A stretch of 38,282 bases of DNA from a virus. The stretch is taken from IMG/VR virus record IMGVR_UViG_3300029660_000072, positions 1 through 38,282 of that record. One strand, 5' to 3'. A program made the translations under genes and the position numbers. Shown here in pieces: positions 1-8,408 of the stretch (its first letter is position 1; each line of letters begins with the position of its first letter). The notes below the pieces were generated by a model that was not told where the DNA came from, searched no databases, and saw only the letters and a program-made list of their open reading frames with translations.

Positions 1-99
1 CTTATGGGGCCAGTTGGAACTGGAAAAACTAGCCTTGCAATAAGTATCTTACGAACTGCAATCAATCAAGGGTATAACGGCTACCTAATCTCAATGATA
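1..99 (+). repeat. Terminal overlap, identical to 38184..38282 (circular assembly overlap, not a biological repeat)
   Basis: Base-for-base identity read directly from both ends. It lies inside the DnaC-like ORF and keeps it in frame. Confidence 0.95.
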
Positions 100-426
100 A
101 GCCTGCTCGACACCTTGCTTGTTTTGAGTAAAGGACCAGCCGAACACTACTTGAAATTTGAAAACAAAATTCGTAATTGTCCATTACTGGTGCTCGATGA
201 TTTTGGGGCGGAATACGACAATAAATGGGTCGGCAATAAAGTCGATGCCATTATATCTGATAGGGTAGAACGTGGCAGAGCTACTATTATTACAACCAAC
301 TTGAATGTAAAGCAGATAAAAGACGGATATGACAGCCGTATTTATGACCGCTTGAAGTCCACATCGTTTCTGCTGCAGTTTAAGGGTAAGTCAAAACGTG
401 ATCCGTTAGAAATTAGCGAAATTTAA
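1..426 (+). CDS. DnaC/IstB-like AAA+ helicase loader, 3' portion (gene begins at 37878 or 37929 and runs through the window junction)
   Basis: Walker A GPVGTGKT, Walker B LLVLDDFG, sensor ATIITTN. The frame is continuous with 37878..38282. Confidence 0.85.
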   Translation, partial: LMGPVGTGKTSLAISILRTAINQGYNGYLISMISLLDTLLVLSKGPAEHYLKFENKIRNCPLLVLDDFGAEYDNKWVGNKVDAIISDRVERGRATIITTNLNVKQIKDGYDSRIYDRLKSTSFLLQFKGKSKRDPLEISEI

Positions 427-556
427 AATTTTGAGTTATACGGCTACTTTTAATTCCTAACTATAAAATACTCATTGCGAATATTAGAAGTACCGTATCG
501 CTCCGAATTCATATCTTAAATTAAAAAATAATGTTCGAATATACGGAGATAAAAAC

Positions 557-802
557 ATGAAAATTGAAGTTACAATAAATGATCCTAAAAATGTGAAATT
601 AAAAATCGAAGGTGAGCCGTTTTGTAACACCCATGAATTAGACGCTTGCGTAGCCTTATGGGGTGCAGCTTTATCCTTATATCATGGGTTAGATAGCGAT
701 ACCGAAAAAGGTGTTGCAAGAGTTATGGCGTTAAAAGCTATTGCAGAAATGTTAGGAACTGACAAAGATAACGAAAGGGGGTGCAAGTGCTGCAATGAAT
801 AG
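557..802 (+). CDS. Hypothetical protein (81 aa, C-terminal CKCC)
   Basis: ATG preceded by GGAG; fits + strand gene packing; no recognisable motif. Confidence 0.5.
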   Translation: MKIEVTINDPKNVKLKIEGEPFCNTHELDACVALWGAALSLYHGLDSDTEKGVARVMALKAIAEMLGTDKDNERGCKCCNE

Positions 803-1208
803 CCTTGTAATATATGGCCGACCAACGACAAAGAAAAATAGTTCGAGGGTTGTAATGGCTGGTCGATATCCTCGTGTCTTACCATCAAAAGCATTCACTG
901 AATATCAAAAGTTAGCGTTACAACAGTTGCAGTTTTACCGAAAACGTTTCTATGTTGCAGGGCCAGTCCATGTCCGGTGCCGCTATTACATGCCGGATAA
1001 AAGATCTTGGCCAGACTTGGTCGGCCTATTACAAGCGACTAGCGACATCTTAACCGATGCGAGAATTATCGACGACGATAAATGGATAGTACACTACGAT
1101 GGCTCGTGTATTGCCGGAGTTGATAAGAGTTCGCCGAGGGTTGAAATAGACATAATTCCGATAACTGAGGGAACTCCGTTACATGATTTAAAACGTAAGG
1201 GGACATAA
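795..1208 (+). CDS. rusA: RusA-like Holliday junction resolvase
   Basis: Size of about 137 aa. It shows YMPDKR..DL and IIDDDKWI acidic motifs arranged as in RusA-family endonucleases, and sits downstream of the replication genes. Confidence 0.6.
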   Translation: MNSLVIYGRPTTKKNSSRVVMAGRYPRVLPSKAFTEYQKLALQQLQFYRKRFYVAGPVHVRCRYYMPDKRSWPDLVGLLQATSDILTDARIIDDDKWIVHYDGSCIAGVDKSSPRVEIDIIPITEGTPLHDLKRKGT

Positions 1209-1321
1209 TGGAACTGATTATATTTATAGCCGGTGCATTGTTAGGTTGTGCAGTTGGTGTATCTATGATGTGCATATGTATTTGGTCCAGTGAATTGTCA
1301 AAAAAGGAGGGTGAAAAATGA
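1208..1321 (+). CDS. Small hydrophobic protein (37 aa, one predicted TM segment)
   Basis: ATG overlaps the rusA-like stop (TAATG) and its stop overlaps the next start (ATGA). Sequence is MELIIFIAGALLGCAVGVSMMCICIW. It is below the ORF-track length cut-off. Confidence 0.35.
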   Translation: MELIIFIAGALLGCAVGVSMMCICIWSSELSKKEGEK

Positions 1322-1695
1322 ATAATATTCCTTACTTTTTGGCTCATTTGCCTATTTGGAAAGCTAGCCATAAAGACAAAGTTAAGGTAACAAAACGTGT
1401 TAGGGAACACCAGTTTGATACTGTTGATAAAAAGACGAATGATATTGTTGTAAAAAAATGTCCTATATGTGGCATTAAATATCGTGTATCTTACCGGTTA
1501 AGAAATGTCAAAAAGACATGTAGTCCGTCGTGTAGTCAAAAACTACGTAATAGAACGTTAAAGCCTACCGACTGGGTAGAGGACGCTATTAAAATGCGAC
1601 AAGATGGCATGATTTTATCTGATATTGCATTAAGAGTTAATCGCTCAACAAGTACTGTATGGAAACAATTAAAAATGAATGGGGTCGACAAATGA
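1318..1695 (+). CDS. Zinc-ribbon plus C-terminal HTH DNA-binding protein
   Basis: CPICG...CSPSC cysteine pairs, then ILSDIALRVNRSTSTVWKQL helix-turn-helix-like segment. Confidence 0.55.
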   Translation: MNNIPYFLAHLPIWKASHKDKVKVTKRVREHQFDTVDKKTNDIVVKKCPICGIKYRVSYRLRNVKKTCSPSCSQKLRNRTLKPTDWVEDAIKMRQDGMILSDIALRVNRSTSTVWKQLKMNGVDK

Positions 1696-2138
1696 ATAGA
1701 AATGAAAATGAATTCGAACAAGTAACAGGTTATCATGACGCAATAATGCCAACACGTAAGACAGAATTTTCTGCCGGCTATGATCTGGCATGTTATCATT
1801 CCGGAAGTGTTAAACCGGGCGAAGTGAAACTCCTAGAAACTGGTGTTAAGTGTAAAATTAACCCAGATGAATACCTACAACTGCACTTGCGTTCTAGTGT
1901 AGGCATTAAAAATAGTGTAATGCTAGCCAATGGCACTGGCATTATCGATGCTGATTACTATAACAATGAAACTAACGAGGGCCATATCATGATACCTATT
2001 CGAAATATTGGCACTACACCTTTTGAATATAAGGCAGGCGATAACTTGGCTCAGCTTGTATTTATGCCTTATCGTGTTACAAGCCGTGATAATGCAACTG
2101 AAAAACGTACAGGTGGTTTTGGTAGCACTAATAAATAG
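1692..2138 (+). CDS. dut: dUTP diphosphatase (trimeric dUTPase)
   Basis: Motifs AGYDL, RSS, GIIDADY and C-terminal RTGGFGST. The ATG at 1692 overlaps the preceding stop. Confidence 0.9.
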   Translation: MNRNENEFEQVTGYHDAIMPTRKTEFSAGYDLACYHSGSVKPGEVKLLETGVKCKINPDEYLQLHLRSSVGIKNSVMLANGTGIIDADYYNNETNEGHIMIPIRNIGTTPFEYKAGDNLAQLVFMPYRVTSRDNATEKRTGGFGSTNK

Positions 2139-2147
2139 GGGGTAAAC

Positions 2148-2354
2148 ATGGATAAAAAGTCGTTAGGTTATATTATAGGCAATATGGGCGAAAATGATGT
2201 TCTCGATATAGTTGACGAGGAAAACGGCAACCACTATAAGATTGATACTGCTACATATCATCAGGACTTCAAGCAAAATAAAAATGTGGTTACGTTTTAT
2301 ATAAAGGTGGACAAAGAATGGAAGAAACTAGGAACCTTACAATCGAAGAAATAA
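2148..2354 (+). CDS. Hypothetical protein (68 aa)
   Basis: GGGGG RBS and ATG; no motif recognised. Confidence 0.5.
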   Translation: MDKKSLGYIIGNMGENDVLDIVDEENGNHYKIDTATYHQDFKQNKNVVTFYIKVDKEWKKLGTLQSKK

Positions 2355-2836
2355 TCAAAATTGCTAGTGAGACAGCCATTGAAAAGTATAAACAAATGGA
2401 GGCTGACAAGTGCGAGCAAGAAAGAGAAAAAGCTAGAAAGAACACTAAAAGACTTCTGAAAGGTTACAAGGAACTCAAAGAACATTGCGAGCATGCGGTC
2501 GCTAGTGTAGAGAATAGCGTTCCTAGTGATCTACAAATAGTACTCAATGAAGTGTTTAATCGCCGAGGACTGTTAAGAGTTGAGGCTATAGCAGCAAGTA
2601 AGAGGCGAACTGAATTGATTATAGAACATATCGATGCTATGTTGGCAGTGTATAAAACTCAATGTGAGCATAGGGAAGTGCCATATTTTGAGATTTTAAT
2701 CGATTTTTATGTCAATTCTGTACCTGTCGAAGATATAGCTATTTCAAAAAACGTTTCTGAAAGAACTGTTTACAACTATCTTGAAAGGGCAGAAAAGGAC
2801 GTAAGCATACTACTTTGGGGAGTTCAAGCAGCTTAA
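2318..2836 (+). CDS. ArpU/RinA-like late transcription regulator (sigma-region-4-like C-terminus)
   Basis: Last gene before the packaging operon. Its C-terminal ISKNVSERTVYNYLERAEKDV HTH is typical of the ArpU family in Firmicute phages. Confidence 0.65.
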   Translation: MEETRNLTIEEIIKIASETAIEKYKQMEADKCEQEREKARKNTKRLLKGYKELKEHCEHAVASVENSVPSDLQIVLNEVFNRRGLLRVEAIAASKRRTELIIEHIDAMLAVYKTQCEHREVPYFEILIDFYVNSVPVEDIAISKNVSERTVYNYLERAEKDVSILLWGVQAA

Positions 2837-2859
2837 TGCAAACTTGCAAAAACATTTCA

Positions 2860-2888
2860 TTTACTTTTCAGTTTACATATAGTAAACT
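2860..2888 (+). promoter_or_regulatory. Putative promoter TTTACT-17-TAAACT, overlapped by the palindrome AGTTTAC-ATATA-GTAAACT (2870..2888)
   Basis: Hexamers and 17-nt spacer were counted in the sequence. The palindrome has the same GTTTAC-N5-GTAAAC core as the two sites flanking cro. Confidence 0.4.
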
Positions 2889-2981
2889 ATTAGTGTCGAA
2901 AAATGTTCATTCTCCTAGGCATTTCAAATCACTCTTTTCGACGACACGCATATACTGAACATTTAACTACCTACGAAAAAG

Positions 2982-3026
2982 GCTCAGACGTACGGATTTC
3001 TCTCCCTGTATGTCTGAGCTTTTTTT
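2982..3026 (+). terminator. Strong rho-independent terminator between the late regulator and the late operon
   Basis: GCTCAGACGTACGG / CTGTATGTCTGAGC stem (about 14 bp with two G-U pairs), followed by seven T. Confidence 0.8.
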
Positions 3027-3047
3027 GTTATGTAATGAGGGCACAAA

Positions 3048-3239
3048 ATGACAACAATAAAATGTAAGGCATTACAGTGCCTTAATAACAGGAAAGGCAA
3101 GTGCATGGCAAACTTTATCGTCATAGATAAATATTGTCGTGCTTTTTTTACGTCCAGTAATGCGAGCCGTTATGAGGGGTGCATAATGAAAAAGGAGCAT
3201 AATCGGTATAAGAGTAGCAAAAGGAGTGTTCTCAAATGA
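3048..3239 (+). CDS. Small Cys-rich protein, DUF1540-like
   Basis: IKCKALQCLNNRKGKCMANFIVI matches the V.C....C.yN..g.C.A..I.I pattern that I recall for DUF1540. Confidence 0.45.
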   Translation: MTTIKCKALQCLNNRKGKCMANFIVIDKYCRAFFTSSNASRYEGCIMKKEHNRYKSSKRSVLK

Positions 3240-3760
3240 ATATAGTCGAACTGGCTTTAAGTGATATAAAGCCATATGAAAATAACCCTCGCTATAATGA
3301 TGAGGCTGCAACGTATGTTGCTGTAAGTATCGACCGTTTTGGGTTTAAAATTCCAATTATAGTTGATAAAGATTACGTTATCATTGCAGGGCATACTCGT
3401 TATAAGGCTGCACATATTTTGGGGCTTGTTACAGTTCCATGTATCATTGCAGATGATCTTGACGAAAAACAAGTAAAAGCATATCGAATTGCAGACAATC
3501 GCATGGCTGAGTTGAGTGAATGGAACTTTGACAAATACAATGAAGAAGTTCAAAAAATGCTTAATAGTGGCATGCTTGATGATATTGAACTATTCGACCT
3601 TTTCTGTAAAGAAGAAGACATCAGTCCGGATATGTTCGACTTGGGTGCGTTAGGTGTATATCGATTGACTATTGAAACCGATATCGATGAAGATATAGAG
3701 AAAATAAAAGAAATTGCATCTAAATATGAGGGCACGGAGGTCAAAGTAAATGGACATTAA
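3236..3760 (+). CDS. ParB/Srx-fold (ParB N-terminal nuclease-like) domain protein 1
   Basis: IKPYENNPRYND ... IIAGHTRYKAA ... RIADN motifs are typical of ParBc domains. Confidence 0.75.
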   Translation: MNIVELALSDIKPYENNPRYNDEAATYVAVSIDRFGFKIPIIVDKDYVIIAGHTRYKAAHILGLVTVPCIIADDLDEKQVKAYRIADNRMAELSEWNFDKYNEEVQKMLNSGMLDDIELFDLFCKEEDISPDMFDLGALGVYRLTIETDIDEDIEKIKEIASKYEGTEVKVNGH

Positions 3761-4295
3761 AATATTGGACATTAATTTTATTAAGCCCTACGAAAATAAC
3801 CCTCGTAATCATGATAAAAATATTGAGGAACTAGCGGAGAGCATTAAAACGTTCGGCTTTAAAAACCCTATTCTAATTAATTCCGATAATGTTATTATTG
3901 CAGGTCATGGTCGTTATGCTGCAGCTAAAAAGTTAGGACTTAAAGAGGTACCTTGCATTTATGCCGATGATCTTAATGAGGAAGATTGCAATTTATTTAG
4001 AATTGTCGAAAATGAGGCTAGTGCAAAAGCCAACTGGGACATTGATAAATTAATTGAAGAAATTAACGACTGCGATGATGTATTCACTGGCTTTAAATAC
4101 AAAGAGTTGGAGGCATTAGGCGAAAAACTTGTCGAGGAGGCAAAGGCCATTAACGAAAGTTTAGACGAGAAGTTAAAAGAAAAAGCAAAATATAAAATAA
4201 CTGTTGTAGTTAATCAACATGAAATATCTAAGGAATTATACGACAAGATAAAAGAGGGAATTTCAGAAAGTGCTACAATCAAAACAAATTATTGA
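3750..4295 (+). CDS. ParB/Srx-fold domain protein 2 (tandem paralogue) with acidic coiled C-terminus
   Basis: IKPYENNPRNHD ... IIAGHGRYAAA ... is clearly paralogous to the preceding ORF. Confidence 0.75.
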   Translation: MDIKILDINFIKPYENNPRNHDKNIEELAESIKTFGFKNPILINSDNVIIAGHGRYAAAKKLGLKEVPCIYADDLNEEDCNLFRIVENEASAKANWDIDKLIEEINDCDDVFTGFKYKELEALGEKLVEEAKAINESLDEKLKEKAKYKITVVVNQHEISKELYDKIKEGISESATIKTNY

Positions 4296-5205
4296 AAAAG
4301 ATACGACTATCTATGTCATAACACATGGTAGGCCAAACCCTAAAGACAGACCAACAACATGGTGGTTAGAGGAGGCAGGCCTACCTTTTAAGTTTGTTAT
4401 GAATGAAAAGCAAGTTGATAGCTATTTAAGGGCAGGCGTAAGTGAAAGCCAAATCGTCTCCGTATCAGATGAATGGGAGGACGAATACTTTGAAAAGCAT
4501 AAAACGTACCCTGTACCATTTCATGGTGCTATCTGCAATCGCCAAATGTGTTTAGAGGACGCCAAAAAGAATGGCAAAAAATATGCTTACCAATTAGACG
4601 ATAACATTGTGATCTTTGGTGCAGGCAAAGTCCACACTACTGGCAAGACCAAAGAATATTATGCTAGAAACATATTACCTAAAGTGTTTGAGCATTTATA
4701 TCGTATGTGTGAATGTACGAACATAGGATATATGGGTATTGTATTAGGTGCTACACCTACCGTAGAAAAGAAAATTTTAAGAAATGGCTATGCTTACAGT
4801 TGCTTTATTGAAAATGTAGAGGCTGACATAAAGTGGCGAGGTCCATTCGATGATGATGTACTTCATAATTTAGACTTCAATCATAGTGGTACATATACGA
4901 ATGCAGTATTAAGTGCTTACCATTACACAAAGGAAAGCAAAAGCAATACTGGCATGCGTGCTGCATATGATAAATGGGGACATATTCGACCTATTGCAAC
5001 AAGTCAGATATATCCGGACCATGTTCAATGTGGCCTTGCAACAAAATCTAATGGGCAGCATATGAGGTTCTATCACAAATTAAAGCCACCTCATAGAAAC
5101 GTTAGAATTAAAGATGAGGTCGCTTTTAAAGAGCTGATACATGATATACGAGAAACACAGTTACAATGGATAAAATACAATAAGGAGGTGCGAAACAGTG
5201 GCTAA
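4270..5205 (+). CDS. Soluble 311-aa protein, possible GT-A-fold nucleotide-sugar glycosyltransferase (function uncertain)
   Basis: GTG start 11 nt after GAGGG. It has an N-terminal beta-strand/loop TIYVITHGRPN, a DXD-like YQLDDNIV about 95 residues later, and a second acidic cluster PFDDDV. No TM segment. Confidence 0.45.
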   Translation: MLQSKQIIEKDTTIYVITHGRPNPKDRPTTWWLEEAGLPFKFVMNEKQVDSYLRAGVSESQIVSVSDEWEDEYFEKHKTYPVPFHGAICNRQMCLEDAKKNGKKYAYQLDDNIVIFGAGKVHTTGKTKEYYARNILPKVFEHLYRMCECTNIGYMGIVLGATPTVEKKILRNGYAYSCFIENVEADIKWRGPFDDDVLHNLDFNHSGTYTNAVLSAYHYTKESKSNTGMRAAYDKWGHIRPIATSQIYPDHVQCGLATKSNGQHMRFYHKLKPPHRNVRIKDEVAFKELIHDIRETQLQWIKYNKEVRNSG

Positions 5206-5575
5206 AATGGGTCGGCCAAGGGCTGAAATAGACAAGAAAGAGTTCGAGGGCTTATGTGGTTTACAATGCACCTACGAAGAGGTGTGCGACTGGTTTGGGG
5301 TTACTCAAAAGACTTTGAACGCATGGTGTAGACGAACGTATGGGAAAACTTTCTCCCATGTTTTTCGTGAAAAGAGGGGCAAAGGCAAGATAAGTTTACG
5401 CCGTATGCAATGGCAACTTGCAGAAAAGTCTCCGGCTATGGCAATCTTTTTAGGCAAAAACTTCCTAGGGCAGTCAGATAAGACAGAAATGGAAGTCAAT
5501 ACAACTGTTCAAAGCAACCCACTTGACGGTGTTACAACTGAGGAACTCAAAAAGCTAATAGACAAAGAGGGGTGA
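5198..5575 (+). CDS. terS: Terminase small subunit (HTH type)
   Basis: GTG start 9 nt after GGAGG. It carries an N-terminal HTH (CTYEEVCDWFGVTQKTLNAW) and lies immediately upstream of terL. Confidence 0.65.
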   Translation: MAKMGRPRAEIDKKEFEGLCGLQCTYEEVCDWFGVTQKTLNAWCRRTYGKTFSHVFREKRGKGKISLRRMQWQLAEKSPAMAIFLGKNFLGQSDKTEMEVNTTVQSNPLDGVTTEELKKLIDKEG

Positions 5576-5579
5576 GGCT

Positions 5580-6992
5580 ATGAAACTCACACCGGAACTC
5601 ATGCAGCAATTCAAATATGAATTAGCAAGGCGTGAGTTTTTTTATTATTGCCATTTACAAGCACCGGACTTTTACAGGAAAGATAGAGATTACCTCGTAG
5701 AATTGTGCAATACGTTGCAAGAGTTCTACGAAGATCCAGATGCAAAAGTCTTAATCATTAACATGCCACCTCGACATGGTAAAAGCCGTACAGCTCAGAT
5801 GGCAGCCAAATGGATATTAGGCAAGAACCCTGTAGAAAAGATTATGACTGGTTCGTATAATGCGACTCTATCAACTACCTTTGCGAAGAATGTTCGTAAT
5901 GATATTCAAGAAGTAAAGGCAGACGAGAGCAGAGTTGTATATACTGACATATTCCCTAACGTACGTATTAAACGTGGCGATGCCTCTATGGATATGTGGT
6001 CGTTAGAGGGCGGTTATAACAGTTATCTAGCTACGTCTCCAAGTGGTACCGCTACAGGTTTTGGTGCTACTATCTTAATCATTGATGATATTATCAAGAA
6101 TGCAGAAGAGGCTTACAACGAAAATACTAAGGCTAAGCACTGGGACTGGTTCACCAACACTATGCTTTCTCGTTTAGAGGAGGGCGGAAAGATTATTATT
6201 ATCATGACTCGTTGGGCATCTGATGATCTAGCCGGTAGGGCAATAGAACACTTTGGAGATAAAGCAAAGGTTATTACCATGAAAGCCTTGCAAGACGATG
6301 GCACTATGTTGTGTGATGATGTGTTGTCGTATGAAAGCTACAAAGAAAAGTGCAGGGCTATGGGTGAGGATATAGCCAGTGCAAACTACCAGCAAATACC
6401 TATTGACTTAAAAGGTTGCCTATATTCAAATCTTAAAACGTATGAACATATTCCGACTGGTGCCGATGGTAGTCCTTTATTTACTCAAATAAAAAACTAT
6501 ACCGATACTGCTGATACTGGCGAAGACTGGTTGGCAAGTATTACTTACGGAATATATGACAAAGAGGCGTACATACTCGATGTGGTCTATTCTAAGGCTA
6601 GCATGGAATATACAGAGCCTGCCGTAGCTGAAATGCTGCACCGTAACCGTGTTAATATTGCAGATTTTGAAAGCAATAATGGTGGTCGTGGCTTTGCTCG
6701 ACAGGTTACAAGGATATTAAAGGAAGAATACAACAGCAATTATACAAAGGTTGTATCGTTCCACCAATCTAAGAATAAGGAGGCTCGCATATTATCCAAT
6801 GCGACATGGGTTATGGAACATATTTACTTTCCTATAAATTGGGCTGACAGATGGCCTGAATTTTATAAAGCTATCACACGTTATCAACGTGAGGGCAAGA
6901 ACGAACATGACGATGCTCCGGATGCATTAACTGGCGTTGCTGAGAAATTAACAGCACCAGATTATAAAGCAACAAGGACTAACATTTATTAG
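5580..6992 (+). CDS. terL: Terminase large subunit
   Basis: Walker A-like PPRHGKS, Walker B ILIIDDI, and a C-terminal nuclease-domain acidic motif (HDDAPDAL); 470 aa. Confidence 0.85.
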   Translation: MKLTPELMQQFKYELARREFFYYCHLQAPDFYRKDRDYLVELCNTLQEFYEDPDAKVLIINMPPRHGKSRTAQMAAKWILGKNPVEKIMTGSYNATLSTTFAKNVRNDIQEVKADESRVVYTDIFPNVRIKRGDASMDMWSLEGGYNSYLATSPSGTATGFGATILIIDDIIKNAEEAYNENTKAKHWDWFTNTMLSRLEEGGKIIIIMTRWASDDLAGRAIEHFGDKAKVITMKALQDDGTMLCDDVLSYESYKEKCRAMGEDIASANYQQIPIDLKGCLYSNLKTYEHIPTGADGSPLFTQIKNYTDTADTGEDWLASITYGIYDKEAYILDVVYSKASMEYTEPAVAEMLHRNRVNIADFESNNGGRGFARQVTRILKEEYNSNYTKVVSFHQSKNKEARILSNATWVMEHIYFPINWADRWPEFYKAITRYQREGKNEHDDAPDALTGVAEKLTAPDYKATRTNIY

Positions 6993-7004
6993 GAGGCTTA
7001 TTAC

Positions 7005-8408
7005 ATGGCTATATTAACCAATGCTCGTAATGACGAATATGAGTTATTGCATGATGCCTATTATGGCACAGGTATGTTTGCAGCTGGTGGTGCATTACAA
7101 AAGCACCCTAGGGAAAATGCTGCAAATTATACCTTTAGACAACAACTATCTTATTACCTAAATCATACTGCACCTATCATCAATGCGTGTGTAGATCCGA
7201 TATTTAAAGATACTATTTCACGTAATTACAATGAAAGCGAATTATTCGAAACATTTCTTAATGATGTAGACCGATTAGGCACTACACTTCAAGAATTTAT
7301 GCGTTACAACTCTACGCAAGCCAAAATCTATGGCGTTATGTATGTATTGGTCGATAATGTATCTGAAATAGGGGAAACAGTAGCCGACCAAGTGAATAAT
7401 AGGCAGTTGCCTTATTTGGTTGCTATTGAGCCAAAAAGCGTATATAAATGGCTTACAAATGACATTGGCGAACTTGAATTTTTTGCTTATACATCTACAG
7501 TCTTTGATGATGAGGGGCAAACCAAAACCCAGTATCATGAATGGACACGAACATCTTGGACATTAAAGAATGATGAGCAAAAAATCATCGCTACTGGTGA
7601 ACATAACCTCGGTAAGGTTCCTATCGTTCAATGGTTTAGTCGCTCATCTCGTAAGATTGATATTCTACCTCCGCCAGAATACTTGGCTATCGCTAAGACA
7701 AATCATCAAGTGTATCACCTATGCTCGTTATTAACTCAAATACTTAATATGCAGACTTTTAGCACATTGACATTACCTGACAATGGGCAAGGTGCGGACG
7801 ATATTACATTAGGTACAAATAATGTGTTGATGTATCCGGCGGAAAGTAGTCATGCACCAGCTTTTATTGCTCCAGATAGAGGACCGGCAGAAATTATTAT
7901 GGCAGTAATTAAAATGCTCGTTGATGATATGTATCGCCTATCCGGAATTAATTCAGTAATAGGTGTACAAGAGGCCAAAAGCGGTGTGGCTAAGCAATGG
8001 GACTTCGAACGTACAAACCAACGCTTGGCAGATTTCTCCGTACAGTGTGAAAGTGCGGAAAAGGACATTATTGAATTGTTTGAACTATGGACGAATATGA
8101 ATGTCGATTATAAATGCGACTATCCTCGTGAATTCAAAATTAATGATATTACAGATAGCCTTGCACAATCTCAGGCCGTGTTAGATCTTGGCCTAGGCAG
8201 CAACACCCTTAAAGTTGAAACAGGTAAAAAGGTATTGGACAGCTACATGCCAAACATTGAGCCTGAAACATTTGATGAAATTGTTGCCGAAATTGAAGAA
8301 AGTGTTCAACGGCAGGAGCAAGACGAAACATATCATAATAATAATGATGAAGTAGAGGACGGTGCGGAAGATGAGAACGCAACGAGAGATAAACAAGGCA
8401 ATAGATAG
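7005..8408 (+). CDS. Portal protein
   Basis: 467 aa, directly after terL and before the MuF-like gene, with an acidic C-terminal tail. The call rests on position and size. Confidence 0.75.
   Translation: MAILTNARNDEYELLHDAYYGTGMFAAGGALQKHPRENAANYTFRQQLSYYLNHTAPIINACVDPIFKDTISRNYNESELFETFLNDVDRLGTTLQEFMRYNSTQAKIYGVMYVLVDNVSEIGETVADQVNNRQLPYLVAIEPKSVYKWLTNDIGELEFFAYTSTVFDDEGQTKTQYHEWTRTSWTLKNDEQKIIATGEHNLGKVPIVQWFSRSSRKIDILPPPEYLAIAKTNHQVYHLCSLLTQILNMQTFSTLTLPDNGQGADDITLGTNNVLMYPAESSHAPAFIAPDRGPAEIIMAVIKMLVDDMYRLSGINSVIGVQEAKSGVAKQWDFERTNQRLADFSVQCESAEKDIIELFELWTNMNVDYKCDYPREFKINDITDSLAQSQAVLDLGLGSNTLKVETGKKVLDSYMPNIEPETFDEIVAEIEESVQRQEQDETYHNNNDEVEDGAEDENATRDKQGNR

Noticed and set aside
2903-3071. 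A roughly 55-codon ORF starting at ATG 2903 in the late-leader region
   Set aside because: It has no ribosome-binding site, runs straight through the strong terminator hairpin and into the next gene's start region, and has an implausible sequence. The region is treated as non-coding.
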